From: Octopus sinensis
Lineage: Eukaryota
DNA length: 64,000 nucleotides
Assembly: GCF_006345805.1 (NCBI RefSeq)
Contig: NC_043015.1
Location: forward strand, 30,132,001 to 30,196,000
Direction: 5' to 3'
How positions within the stretch are numbered: position 1 is the stretch's first letter; each line of letters begins with the position of its first letter. Position numbers and translations under genes: made by a program. Under the pieces are notes generated by a model. The model was not told where the DNA came from. It worked only from the letters and a program-made list of their open reading frames with translations, and did not search any database. Below are positions 39,749-53,908 of this stretch, in pieces.

Positions 39749-41563
39749 CATGCCATACAAAATGCTTAGTGATATTTCTTCTGGCCCTGTTCCTTCTGAG
39801 TTCAAATGTCACCAGGGATCACTATGCCTTTCATCTTCCCAAGGTCGATAAATTAAGTCCCAGCAAACTTAATTTGAAGTTGAATTAATCAATTTCCCTC
39901 TTTCCTCAAAATTGCTGGCCTTGAGCCAAAATAAGAAAGTATTAGGATTGGCAGAAACATTAGAACTTTGGACAAAATGTTTGGTTGTAATCCATTATGG
40001 CCATATACATTCTGAGTTCAGATTCCACCACTGTCAGCTTTGCCTTCCATCCTTTGGGGGCAGGGCTGGAGGAATGAAATGAAGTACAGTCAAATACTAG
40101 ACTCAGCTATGTAGAAGATCCTTTATTCGCTCTTGAGTTCAAATCCCACTGGAGTTAATTTGGATTTTCATTCCTTCAGGCTCAAATAAATGGTAAAATG
40201 TAATTATGCTCAACAGATTATTACACCACCTGGTTTCTTCAGGTTCCAGGTATGAAGCATTGGTAACTGTTCATGTAGGCTACAATGTAGGAATATAAAA
40301 AGATCCCCAATACTTCATACATACTTCATTTATTTAACCCTGGGAAAATGAAAAGTAAGGTTGACTTTGGTGGATTTGAACTCAGAACATAAAGGTCTGT
40401 AACTAAATAATTATTTATAATTTAGGCACACAGTGCCAGTGGCACATGACAAGCACCAACTGATCGTGGCTGCTGCCAGCCTCCCCTGGAACCTGTGCCA
40501 GTGGCACATAAAAAGCATCCACTATACTCACGGAGTGGTTGGCGTTAGGAAGGGCATCCAGCTGTAGAAACACTGCCAGATCAGACTGGAGCCTGATGCA
40601 GCCTCCTGGCTTCCCAGACCCCAGTCGAACTGTCCAATCTGTGCTAGCACGGAAAATGGATGTTAAACGATGATGATGATGATGATGATGAGAGCCAGCA
40701 ATTTTAAGGGAAAGGGGCTGGTTGATACCATTGATCCCAGTATTTGACTAGTATTTTATTTCATCAACCCCCTAAGGGATAAAGGGCAAAGCTGACCTTG
40801 GCAGGATTTGAACTCAAAGCATAAAGAGCCAGAAAAAAACACTGCACTGTATTTTATCCGATCCTTTAATCCTTTCATTACTGTATTTATTTTGAGATGT
40901 TCTGAGTTTCTTTCAATTACTTTAAATATAACAAAGAATTTAGTAAAATAACTAAGTTATCATTCAGCTTGTATTAGGAACATGAATTGTGACTAAGGTT
41001 TGGTGGAAGATTTTAATTGAAACCTTAAGAAAACAAGACATTTGTACAACAGAGCCAGAACCGGTTTCAGCCGGGTTGGTAACAAAAGGGTTAAAGATTC
41101 TGCCCATACAAAAAGGTAAAATAAGTAAATAAATAAACAAACCGTCTGCCATGGAATTGAACTGAGGACTTATGAAGTGATTGTCCCATACCACATGCAC
41201 TTGGCTAATTAACTTTCAGCATGTTTTATATTAACTGACACCAATCTCATTCACATTTCTCCCCACAGACATGACATTAAAATTTACAATAACAGAGCAT
41301 CAATTATTCAACAACTCAACCATCAACTCAAAAGCTAGTCTCCAGACCAGCATAACGCTTTTACGGCTCTGTAGTTAAGTGGTTTGCATCGTAACCTCAC
41401 AGTACTAGGTTCGATCCCACTGTGCAGCCCTGTTGTGGGCAAGTGTTTTTGTAGCATAACTGTGTCATCCTATGCTTGCGGGTAGAATTTGGTAGATGGA
41501 AACTGTGTAAGGGAATACGTATTTGTTTTTGCGTGTTTGTGAATTTTTTTATGTCTTAGTCTT

Positions 41564-41795
41564 ATTTCTTTACTGCCCACAAGGGGCTACACACAGAGGG
41601 AACAAACAAGGACAGACAAATGGATTAAGTCGATTATATCGATCCCAGTGCTTAACTGGTACTTAATTTATCGACCCCGAAAGTATGAAAGGCAAAGTCG
41701 ACCTTGGCGGAATTTGAACTCAGAACGTAGCGGCAGGCGAAATACCGCTAAGCATTTCGCCTGGCGTGCTAACGATTCTGCCAGCTTGCCACCTT
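41564..41795 (-). mobile_element. SINE family A
   Basis: Consensus match; flanking cttagtctt repeat. Confidence 0.85.
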
Positions 41796-42399
41796 AGTCT
41801 TGTTATTCTGAGTTTGTCCTTCATTCTAGTAAAGTGGGAAGTGTATGTGGATTCATAGCTTGAGGATTTTCTTTGTTTGGTATTGATTGTTTTTCTTCAT
41901 AAATAATCTAATTAAGCTTGGATAATGCTTAGATATTGGTGTCTAGTTTCGGGAGGTCCTGTGGCACACACACACACGTATGTTGTACACATGCGTCCCT
42001 TTCTTCATTTTCTTTTTGTTTTGTTTTTCTCTCTCCTTACTTTCAGAAGAATATTGCATACTTGAAACATAAAAGATTTTTCTTTCTTTTTTTTTTACTA
42101 TTTCCCAAGAATAAGCCTGATACACTTTTCCTTTGTTCTTGTCTTTGTATTATTCTTTTTATTATATATATATATATCATCATCATCATCGTTTAACATC
42201 TGTTCTCCATGCTAGCATGGGTTGGACGGTTCGACCGGGATCTGGGAAGCCAGAAGGCTGCACCAGGCTCTAGTCTGATCTGGCAGTGTTTCTACAGCTG
42301 GATGCCCTTCCTAACGCTAACCACTCTGTGAGTGTAGTGGGTGCTTTTTACATGCCACCGGCACAGGTGCCAGGCGAGGCTGGCAATGGCCACAATATA

Positions 42400-42432
<33 letters not shown>

Positions 42433-42752
42433 CAAAACAGTTTGATTCAAATTCGTTGGTACTCCGAGTTTCAAGCATGGTGCTTGGAGTACCAACAAAT
42501 TTGAATCAAACTGTTTTGAACCATACATTTAACTCCCAATAAATCTATGGATCAATGTGAAGTAGCAGCTTGACTTGAAGAGACTCATTGATCTTCAAAC
42601 TATGCACCCAGTTAATGTTTGTTCCAATCAAGATGCACAGATAATCTCTTGACACTGTAAATATAGTGAACCAGTGATTATGTGGCCAAGAGAAGTGATC
42701 CTGAAAAGGGTTCAGTTCACTTTTCTGTAACTAGGTACCCGGGACTTTTTAT

Positions 42753-43160
42753 CCTATGGCCAACCAAGTCACTTGACATTAAAATGGCCCAGTCCATTTT
42801 GCTAAGACTAGGTACCACAGGGTAGAAACAACCCATTGTCCTATGGCCAGCCAAATCACTTGGCACTAGAATGGCCCAGTCCATTTTGCTGAGACTAGGT
42901 ACCACAGGGTAGAAACAACCCATTGTCCTATGGCCAGCCAAATCACTTGGCACTAGAATGGCCCAGTCCGTTTTGCTAAGACTAGGTACCACAGGGTAGA
43001 AACAACCCATTGTCCTATGGCCAGCCGGGTCATTTAACATTAAAATGGTTCAGTACACTTTGTTGAGACATATTGTTCTATGACCAGTCAAATCACTTGG
43101 CACTAGAATGGCCCAGTCCATTTTGTTGCGACTACGTACCACAGGATAGAAACAACTCTT
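42753..43160. repeat. 87-bp minisatellite, ~5 units
   Basis: Units start at 42753, 42840, 42927 and 43014 (internally deleted), plus ~43077. Confidence 0.9.
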
Positions 43161-43436
43161 GCAGTGCCAAGTCCAATTCTTCCTATGTAGTAAAAAACCA
43201 TATATGGCACAGTACTCTATCCAGGAGGAGATGTGTCTCTTGACAAAATCCTGAAGATAAGTACTGGACTGTCTAAATTATTGCGGTTCAGAAAAGTATT
43301 ATTTAATCAAAGTAAACCTCCTTTTAATTAAAATTAATTAAGTTTTATATTTATTTGTTGTGTTGTTTTAAAAATACTTTATAATTGTTTTTTTCCAATG
43401 CCAGTCAATTTTGTGTGTTAATTAGTTTCCCTGCGG

Positions 43437-43455
43437 CAGTAGCAGCAGCAGTAGC

Positions 43456-43491
<36 letters not shown>

Positions 43492-43530
43492 CGCAGTAGT
43501 AGTAGTAGTAGTAATAGTAGTAGTAGTCGC

Positions 43531-43576
<46 letters not shown>

Positions 43577-44810
43577 TTATTAGTAGTAGTAGTAGCAGTA
43601 GCAGCAGCAGCAGCTAGTAGTGGTGATGGTAGCAGTGGTGGTGTTGGTTATTGTTTTTGGTAGCTATTGTTGTGGCTGTTGCGTGTTTTTTTTGGGGTTT
43701 TTTTGGCTACAGGTGTTTTTTGCAACTGTTGTTATTGATGCTGTGGTTATTGCTGTTGTGATTGCTGTAGCTACTGATGTGGTTTTTGCTGCTGTTGTTG
43801 TTGTTATCGTTGTGGTGGTGGTGGTGGTGGTGGTGGTGGCACTGGTTATTGCCGTTTCTTCACGTTCCGGCTATTGTTATATGGTTATATTTCTTGTATC
43901 CCCATTTCCATAATTCTTTCATAAAGAAACGACAAAGCGCCGAACCACCCCACCCACCACCACCACCACCCCCAGCATCCTTCTCCTCCTCCCCACTTCA
44001 TGTTGCCCAACACTCCAGCCTCGCATCCCCCTCCCCTCTCTCTCCCTTCCTCTCCTTCCACCTCCCTTGTTACACAATTGAGCGACTGACATAGAAAAAA
44101 AAGCATCATTATCTTGTCTTACTCTGTTCTGGCTGTTTGATTTTTAATGAGGACCCCCAAAGGGGGTGGTGGGGTGGGGGTGGAAGACGAGAGGGGGGCG
44201 TGAAGGAGGGAGAGAGAAGAAGTGGAAGAAGATGAAAGAATGCTAAACATATTACATAGGGCATGAATAATTCATGGAGCAGTTGATTTGTTGCTTTGAT
44301 GGTGCAGATTATGATGACGACGATGACGATGATGATGATGATGATGACAACGATGATGATGATGATGTTGAGGGTGATGATGGTGATGAGGATGATGATG
44401 GTGATGATGATGGTGATAAGGATGATGATATTGAGGATGATGGTGATGATGTTGATGATGAAGATGATGTTGATGATAATGAAGTAATGATGACAACAAC
44501 AATGTTGATGATGATGACAACAACGACAACGATGATGATGATGATGGTAGTGATGATGATGATGGTAGTGATGATGATGATGATGATGATGATGATGAGA
44601 TGATGATGCAATGATGGTGATGGTGGTCATCACAACGATGAGTATGGTGATGATAGTGATGATAATATTGATGACGAAGTGATGATGATGATGATGATGA
44701 CAATGATGGTGATGATGATGATAGTGTTGATGATGGTCATGACAATGATGATGATGATAACAATGCAGACAACAATGATGATGATGATTATGATAATGAC
44801 GATATTGACG
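43437..44810. repeat. (TAG)/(GTT)/(GTG)/(GAT) trinucleotide tracts
   Basis: Direct inspection. Confidence 0.88.
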
Positions 44811-45404
44811 ACAAAGCACCATATTTTACCACCATCGCTCTCCTTTCACACCTCTCCTCTCAACAGCAAAATATTGATCTCCGTATATTGATCGCGTCTC
44901 ACAAAAGTCCTTTGCCGCACTTGGACTCAACAGCAATTCTCTAAGCAGCACTTGAACTCACAGCTTCTAGTTCACTCCCCACTGCAGTCCTGTCCAGTCC
45001 ATTCCAGTTCGGTCACACAGAGGACCCCTCTAAACATTAGATACCACAAACCTATTGATGGAATTTCAATTGTTTACTTCTCACACTTAAAACTTTAAAA
45101 AAACAAAACTCACTCCAGGGTGTCTGTGTCTGGAGGTTCTAATGTCATTTGTGTTGTTTATTCATTGGTTCTCACCATGGGGCAGACATCATACTGTCAG
45201 TACTATCAGCTGTTCTAACCTCCGTTTTCAACTTTCACCTTATTTTTCTGCTGTTGCTTAGCAACTGACTGATGCTGTTAAGTTGTTTATCAGACATATT
45301 GGCTCATTTGATGCCACCGTTCTATGCACACACACACACACTCACACACACACTATCACTACTGCTGTTGACTATACTAGGTTTTTAGTGCTGTATTATA
45401 AGTT

Positions 45405-46230
45405 CAGCGACATGCAACCAAGAGAATACCCTCCATCAGGCATTTGCCATATTCTGAACGCCTTACTTCCCTGGGCATGGACACATTGAAACTCTGACAT
45501 CTGGCAGCTGACTTAGCGGACACCCATAAAATTATTAACCATCTTACTAACAATAACTCTGAGCACCTTTTCAAACTCCACCTATCTAACACTTCTGGAC
45601 ATATTTACAAAGTCAGAAAACAGCACAGCTCCCATGACTTTCGGAAACATTTTTTCACACTAAGAGTTGCTGAAGTATGGAACAAACTGCCGGCATCAGT
45701 TGTTAGTTGTCGGAGCACTGCATCCTTCAAAACTTCCATGCTTCCTGAGATTCGCCAACACTACACCTAATTTTCTTGTCTCCATACACACAAGCAAGCA
45801 TGGATCTGACTCATACACTGTTCACTTCCCAGACATTTGTACATTAACAATAACTCTGAGCACCTTTTCAAACTCCACCTATCTAACACTTCTGGACATA
45901 TTTACAAAGTCAGAAAACAGCACAGCTCCTTCCATGACTTTAGGAAACATTTTTTCACACTGAGAGTTGCTGAAGTATGGAACAAACTGCCGGCATCAAT
46001 TGTTAGTTGTCGGAGCACTGCATCCTTCAAAACTTCCATGCTTTCTGAGATTCGCCAACACTACACCTGATTTTCTCCCCTCCATACACACACAAGCATG
46101 GATCTGACTCATATACATTGTTCGCTTTCCAGACATTTGTACATTACTGCATAAGCTTTATACGCACTTTCTGACAAGTTGTGGTGCACCTGAGTACTGT
46201 ATACAATAATTTCATTATTATTATTATTAT
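45405..46230 (+). mobile_element. CR1-like LINE 3' end with a ~297-bp internal direct duplication
   Basis: FRKHFFTLRVAEVWNKLPAS motif. The segment starting taacaataactctgag recurs at 45548 and 45845; (att)n tail. Confidence 0.88.
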
Positions 46231-46599
46231 AATGGTGTTGCTGTAGTGCTGTAGTATAAGATATATGGCCCAGTGGTTAGGATGTTTGGTTCAAGACCAT
46301 AAAGTCGTGTTTTCAATTCTTAGACCAAGTAATGTGTTGTATCATTGTCCGAGATACTTTCTTTCACTTTGCTCCAGTTCACTCAACTCTGATGACTATC
46401 AACTGGGTGCTGTGTTGGTGCCATGTAAAAAGCACTTGTGCCAGCTCCACATAAAAAGCTCTTGTGCTGGTGCCACATAGAAAAAAAAAACATACAAAAC
46501 ACTCCTGCTGGCACAACATGAATAACACTTCTGCTGGCACCATGTAGAAAGCATTCATATCGGCACCATGTAAAAGGTCATGGGGTCGAACAGAGATGC

Positions 46600-46861
46600 A
46601 CACATATAGGTATACACACACACACACACACAAACACCACACACACACATGCGTGCGCGCACACACACACATGCACACACACACTACATACCACACACAC
46701 ACACACTACACACACGCACACACACATACACACACGCACACACCGCACCACACACATACCACACACACACACACACACCACACACATACACACACACACA
46801 CACTACACATACACACCACACACACACACCACACACACACACTACACACACACACACACAC

Positions 46862-46901
<40 letters not shown>

Positions 46902-46902
46902 A
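46600..46902. repeat. (CA)n microsatellite
   Basis: Direct inspection. Confidence 0.92.
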
Positions 46903-47615
46903 CGACAGGCTTCTTTTAGTTTCAGTCTACCAAATTCCTCTCACAAGGCTTTGGTCGGCCTGGGGCTACAGTAGAAGACACTTGCAGAAGGGGCTACCCC
47001 CATGGGATCGAACCCAGAATCATGTAGTCAGGAAGTAAACTTCTTACCACAACACACTCATCATCGTCACATGACTTAAAGTTTCGTGGACACGCCCACA
47101 AAAAGTTTGGGTCATGTGAAGCTGACTCAAACTGTTACTGAAAATATATGTAACCCCTCCCACTTGTTACTTTCTTTCGTTTGTTCATTCACAAGTATTG
47201 TGAGGATGTGTGTGTGTGTGTGTCTGTATGTGTGTGTGTATATACATAGGTGCAGGTGTGGTTGTGTGGTAAGAAGTTTGCCTTCCAACCACATGGTTCC
47301 GGGTTCAGTCCCATTGTGTGGCACCTTGGGCTAGTAAGTGTCGTTTACTATAGCCTCGGTTCGACCAATGCTTTGTGAGTGGATTTGGTTGACGGAAACT
47401 GATAGAAGACCGTTGTGTATGTATATATATATATATTCTTTTATATATACATATATACGACGGGCTTCTCTTAGTTTTCGTCTATCAAATCCACTCACAA
47501 GGCTTTGGTCGGCCCGAGGCTATAGCAGAGGACACTTGCCCAAGGTGCCACGCAGTTTGACTGAATACATACATACATATATGTATATGTGTGTGTATGT
47601 ATGTATGTATGTATG

Positions 47616-47646
<31 letters not shown>

Positions 47647-48343
47647 ACATCTTTGTGTGTGTTTTTGTGTTTGTCCTCCCTCAACCGTTTGACAACCGGT
47701 GTTGGTGCGTTTACGTCCCCGTCAATCAGCGGTTCGGCAAAGATCGAGAAAATAAGTAACAGGCTTCAAAAAAAAAAAAAAACAACAACAAAGTACTGGG
47801 GTCGATTCTTTCGTCTAAAAGTTCTTCACGGTGGTGCCCCAGCATGGCCGCAGTCTAATTGTCTGAACAAGAAAAAAAGATACAAAATAAGACACACACA
47901 CACACACACACACACGCGTGTGCATTTATGTATTCTTCAGTCTGGCATTTCTTGACTCAGCCCACTTAGAATCAATGACGTTTCAACAGCTCTTGTTGTT
48001 TCCTCACCAAATATTTTGTATGTCTGGCGACAGGATCCAACATTCTCCTTTCTAAAAGAAACAAGCTGTAGTGAGACATTTTTTGAGATTGGGCTGCTGT
48101 TTCTAGCAACCGGGCTTAGTACTCTTTTACTCTTATACTTGTTTCAATTATTTTGACTGTGGCCATGCTGGAGCACTGCCTTTAGTCGAGCAAATCGACC
48201 CCCAGGACTTATTCTTAGTAAGCCCAGTACTTATTATATCGGTTTCTTTGGCCGAACCGCTAAGTTACAGGGGACGTAAACTTACCAGCATCGGTTGTCA
48301 AGCGATGTTGGGGCGACAAACACAGACACACAAACATATACAC

Positions 48344-48384
<41 letters not shown>

Positions 48385-49002
48385 ACACATATATATATAT
48401 ATATATATAATATATATATATACTTTATTTAAAGCAGCAGAAAATTCAACAAAACCTATATATATATATATATACGATGGGCTTCTTTCAGTTTCCGTCT
48501 ACCAAATCCACTCACAAGGCTTTGGTCGGCCCGAGGCTATAGTAGAAGACACTTGTCCAAGGTGCCACGCAGTGGGACTGAACCCGGAACCATGTGGTTC
48601 GTAAGCAAGCTACTTACCACCACACAACCACTCCTACGCCACTACGAAGAAGTTTTCATCGGTTGTCCTGGAAACGAACTATATTTATAAACGGCAATAA
48701 AGCCAAAAAAAAAAAAGTCATTAATTAAATACAAAAGTCAAAAGCAGACAACCAGAATGTTTAACGGGGGAGAAAAGGGGGTTGAGGGGTGGAGTGTTGG
48801 GGTGGAGGGGATAAGAAAGCGAAAGACAGCTTCTGGCATTAACTTCCAAGAAGCTATCAGGCTTAGGTCCATTCTGTTGTGATTTTGGCGTCGAACCAAC
48901 CCAAACAATAAAAGACGAGAAACTTCCAAGTTTACTAATCCCTCGATTAGAGAACTCACCCAGTACCTCGTTTCGGTTGCTTCTTGGAGTAGCAGTAGCA
49001 GC

Positions 49003-49036
<34 letters not shown>

Positions 49037-49535
49037 ATGGTGGTGGTGGTGGTGGTTGCTGTTTAGCATCGGGTAAGCCCCGAATGAAAAGACCCGTGAC
49101 AGCAGACAATCATTGGATATTTTCCTATGTACAAGGGAACCCAAGTCCACATTATAGCCTCACTCACCCCCTAGGCTATAATTTAAAGGAGGTTTAGTTT
49201 CTATTTCTAGCAATCCGAGCGACTACGTAGAGGCTTCTTTGTTTACTAGTACTTGTAGTAGTAGTGGTGGTGGTACTTATGATGATGGTGGTGGTGGTGG
49301 TGGTGGTAGTAGTAGTTGTTTAAAGGTTAAATAAATTCTGTTAGTTTGAAGAAATCTGTGTTGTTCTCTGGAGTAATCTCTGGATTAAATCGGATTATTC
49401 TTATCCAAATTTATTTTTACGTATGTATACATCCCTCTTTTCTTCTGCTTTTTTGTTTCTCCCTTTATCCTTATTTATTATTCTGGATTTTCAGAATACA
49501 TAAAAAGTTTCTTTCCTTCGGAAAAAATTCGAATA

Positions 49536-49579
49536 AATAATAATAATAATAATAATATAATAATAATAATAATAATCGT

Positions 49580-49632
<53 letters not shown>

Positions 49633-49640
49633 TGATGATC

Positions 49641-49674
<34 letters not shown>

Positions 49675-49678
49675 TGAT

Positions 49679-49719
<41 letters not shown>

Positions 49720-49724
49720 TGATC

Positions 49725-49758
<34 letters not shown>

Positions 49759-49763
49759 TGATC

Positions 49764-49812
<49 letters not shown>

Positions 49813-49826
49813 TAGTAATAATGATA
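49536..49826. repeat. (AAT)n microsatellite with GATGATC interruptions
   Basis: Direct inspection. Confidence 0.92.
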
Positions 49827-50381
49827 AGGACAAGGCCTCAAATGTGGATGGAAGGATATTGTGAATCAGATAGAGTCCAGTACTTAACTAGAACTTCATT
49901 TTACCTACCCCAGGAGGATGAAAGTCAAAGCGAAATTAGAATTCAGAAAGTAATCTTTAGTTTACTACGTTGGGAAATATATGAAAAGGAGTTGGAGGAT
50001 ATTACAAGGGCGTATTTCCTTAAATAACTGAATAAATAAATAAATATTTAGATTAAGGAAATAAAAATGGAAAGGGCTGATGCAGAATCGATTATTAAAA
50101 TAAATAAACAAACAAAAAAGATATGGAAAAACAAAGAGATGAGACGTCCCGACCAAGGGACAGTCATCCAGGACCAACCAAGGACTCACAAAGATCCAGA
50201 GTTACCCTAATTACCAAAGAGAGCAGATGCCCTTTCCCAGCTGTGTTCACTGGTCATTCTGACCACTCGTAACCCCTCTTTCAACAGATTCACATTATTA
50301 ATGTGTACCCCCACCATCCATTTATTTGTCTTTGGAGCAAATATAGAAATGTCGACGTAGTTGTAAACACATAAACATCTT

Positions 50382-50870
50382 TTCTCAGTATTTATGGCTT
50401 TGCGTTTATAATTTATTTCATTATTAGCCACAAGGGGCTTAAATATAGAGAGGGGACAAACAAGGACAGACAAAGGGATTAAATCGGTTACATCGACCCC
50501 CAGTGCGTAACTGGAGCTTAATTTATCGACCCTGAAAGGATGAAAAAGGCAAAGTCGACCTCGGCGGGATTTGAACTCAGAACACGTCTATAATTAAAAT
50601 CATAATAGTTGTTGTTTGAGCCTGGCAAAATCCTTTCTCAATATTTATGGCTTTGCGTCTATAATTTATTACTTTATTAGCCACAAGGGGCTTAAACATA
50701 GAGGGGACAAACAAGGACAGACAAAGGGATTAAATCGATTACAGTGCGCAAATGGTACTTAATTTATCGACCCCGAAAGGATGAAAAAGGCAAAGTCGAC
50801 CTCGGCGGAATTCGAACTCAGAACCCGTCTATAATTAAAATCATAATAGTTGTTGTTTGACCCTGGCAAA
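50382..50870. repeat. ~250-bp tandem duplication of a truncated SINE A plus flanks
   Basis: tttctca(g/a)tatttatggctttgcg...ttgtttga(g/c)cctggcaaaa occurs twice head to tail. Confidence 0.88.
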
Positions 50871-51453
50871 AAAGCATTAATACAACAGCATCCCATTAAT
50901 CTCGGACGTTACGCCTAAATAGCGCCAAAAGATGTTATCGTGGCTATTTCCATGGTTTCGTTTTTCGCTTATGTTGTTGTCGCTGTTGTTATGGTGTTAC
51001 GCAGTATGTGCGTGCGCGCGCGCGCGCGTGTGTGTGTGATGTGTTTAATATGTGTGTTTGTGTTATGTAAGATGTTTACGTACGTCTACGTTGCTATCAT
51101 AATATATATGTATGATAATAGCTATGTGCCCCTTTCATCTTTGTATATCTTGTCTATAATATCTGCTCATCAAGTCGTTTACCTCAGATCGTAACGTAAT
51201 TAAACAAGTGCTTAACACTCTCTGTTTCTTCCTATGCCTGCGCGCACACGCACTCAATGATTGTATCTGCAATGTTTACATCTTGGGAGATGCCACTGCT
51301 GCTGAGAACACACACACACCCTCGCAAATAGTTCGCTAGATAGATAGATGGATAGATGGGTAGATGGATGGATGGATAGATGGGTAGATAGATGGATGGA
51401 TGGATAGATATAGATAGATAGATAGATAGATAGATAAATAGATAGAGAGATAG

Positions 51454-51488
<35 letters not shown>

Positions 51489-52169
51489 TAGATAGATAGA
51501 TAGATAGATGATGGACGGACGGACGGACGGACGGATGGAAGGAAGGATGGATGGGTTGATAGATTAATAGATAGATAATAATGTGTCTGTGTTTGTGTTT
51601 ATCCACTGATTGAAGACGTAGTGAGCTGGGATGGTCGATTGAAAAATACGTAACGCGAAACTCGTTTGTATTGGCATTTTGGAGTAATTTTGTTAAAATT
51701 GATTAAGGAAAAACAAGCTTCTCCGTGTTTGAATTCCATAATTTCTCGCTCCTTGGCAAACCAACAACAATATGGATCCATGTAGGCTGTGCATATGTGT
51801 GTGTGTGTGTGTGTGTGTATTGCTGGAAGTAGCAGCTTCAAAATACATGTAAACATTGTTACAGTTTAGCCCAGGTCAGCCTTCGCTAAACAATGATCAA
51901 AAACGTTCCAACCATGACTCTCTCCCAGAGACATGTTTCCAGCGTCATATTACATAATATGTCCTTCCATTTTCCTTAATGCAGTTGGGTCATGATTTGA
52001 GGTGTATTCGGCTGCTATTTCGAGCAGGTTAAACGACCGCATAGTCTCCGCTCTCCCGCCCCGTCCGGTAGTGTATGTGTGTCTGTATGTTTCTATGGCT
52101 AAGTGTTTGTAGCTATGTATGTGTTTATCAGTATATTTGCATGTGTACGTATCTGTCTATTTAAATTTC

Positions 52170-52190
52170 TATCTACCCATCTATCTATCC

Positions 52191-52242
<52 letters not shown>

Positions 52243-52260
52243 CTATCTATCTATCCATCC

Positions 52261-52313
<53 letters not shown>

Positions 52314-52339
52314 CTATCTATCTATCTATCTATCTATCC

Positions 52340-52400
<61 letters not shown>

Positions 52401-52542
52401 CCATCCATCTATCTATTCACCCATCCATTTATTTATCTATCTATCTATCTATCTACCATCCATCTATCTATTCACCCATCCATTTATTTATCTATCTATC
52501 TATCTATCTACCATCCATCTATCTATTCACCCATCCATTTAT

Positions 52543-52577
<35 letters not shown>

Positions 52578-52594
52578 CCTACCTACCTACCTAC

Positions 52595-52685
<91 letters not shown>

Positions 52686-52711
52686 CCTACCTACCTACCT
52701 ATCTATCTATC
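52170..52711. repeat. (ATCT)n tetranucleotide microsatellite
   Basis: Direct inspection. Confidence 0.92.
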
Positions 52712-52998
52712 TGAATGAATATATTATGTGTTTTATACACACATACATATTTGTGTGCACATACATACGCACAGCCATATTCACACACACACACACACAC
52801 ACGCACAAGCACACATTCTCTTTTACTTGTTTCAGTCATTTGTTTCAGTCTTTAGTTGAGCAAACCGACCCCAGGACTTATTCTTTGTAAGCCTAGTACT
52901 TATTCTATTGGTCTCTTTTGCCGAACCGCTACATTTTGGGAAAGTAAACACACCAGCATCGGTTGTCAAGTGATGCTGAGAGACAAACACAGACACAA

Positions 52999-53037
<39 letters not shown>

Positions 53038-53379
53038 CATACATATATACGACGGGCTTCTTTCAGTTTCCGTCAACCAAATCCACTCACAAGGCTCTGG
53101 TCGGCCAGAGGCTATAGTAGAAGACACTTGCCCAAGGTGCCATGCAGTGGGACTGAACCCGGGACCATGTGGTTGGCAAACAAGCTACTTACCACACGGC
53201 CGCTCCTGCGCCTATAGAAATGAGAAGGCATGTTGGTAGACAGCCATTTACACATGTGTACATGCATTCATCGTGTATATATGCATGCGTATATGTATAT
53301 ATGTATACATACATATTTTAAACACTATGTATGTACGTGTGTATGTCTCTCTACATACATACATATATACATACATACA

Positions 53380-53412
<33 letters not shown>

Positions 53413-53875
53413 TGTACATATATACACACATACATACATCATATATACATACATACATCATACACACATACATACATACATACATCATACATACATACAT
53501 CATACATACATCATACATACATATATACATACACACACATACATACATACATGCACACACACATATGTTCATACATACATTCATACACACACACATACAT
53601 ACATATGTATATATGTAAACAATATAAATGTCTACATATATACATATACACATTCACACATATATACACCAAGTTTACAGGTGTACAGGCGCAGGCATGG
53701 CTGTGTGGTTAAGAAATTCTAGTAAAGTTTTACTATTACATGCGTCTCTGCATGGCATCTTGGTTGGTGCCTGTAGTGACTTCAACTATAGACACGGACC
53801 AACCAATACCTTGTGAGTGAAATTGACGGAAACTGCGTGGAAGCCCGTTGTATGTCTGGATGTATGTATGAGTAT

Positions 53876-53908
<33 letters not shown>

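Noticed and set aside
41365-41430. tRNA-like A and B boxes
   Set aside because: No acceptor stem or cloverleaf, and it continues into the gggcaagtg SINE core, so it is a SINE head. The same applies to the family A, B and D heads.
44109-44891. 237-aa His/Ile-rich and Asp/Met-rich ORFs
   Set aside because: Translation of a (GAT)n tract.
48960-49109. Leu-rich signal-peptide-like ORF ending YW|gtgagt, reminiscent of a Wnt first exon
   Set aside because: No in-frame ATG (a stop lies just upstream of the TTG), the Leu/Pro runs are a (TAG)/(TGG) microsatellite, and I found no downstream Wnt exons.
51604-51672. ttgaagacg...cgcgaaactcgtttgta as a possible hammerhead
   Set aside because: The core is not CTGANGA, and stems I and III are unconvincing.
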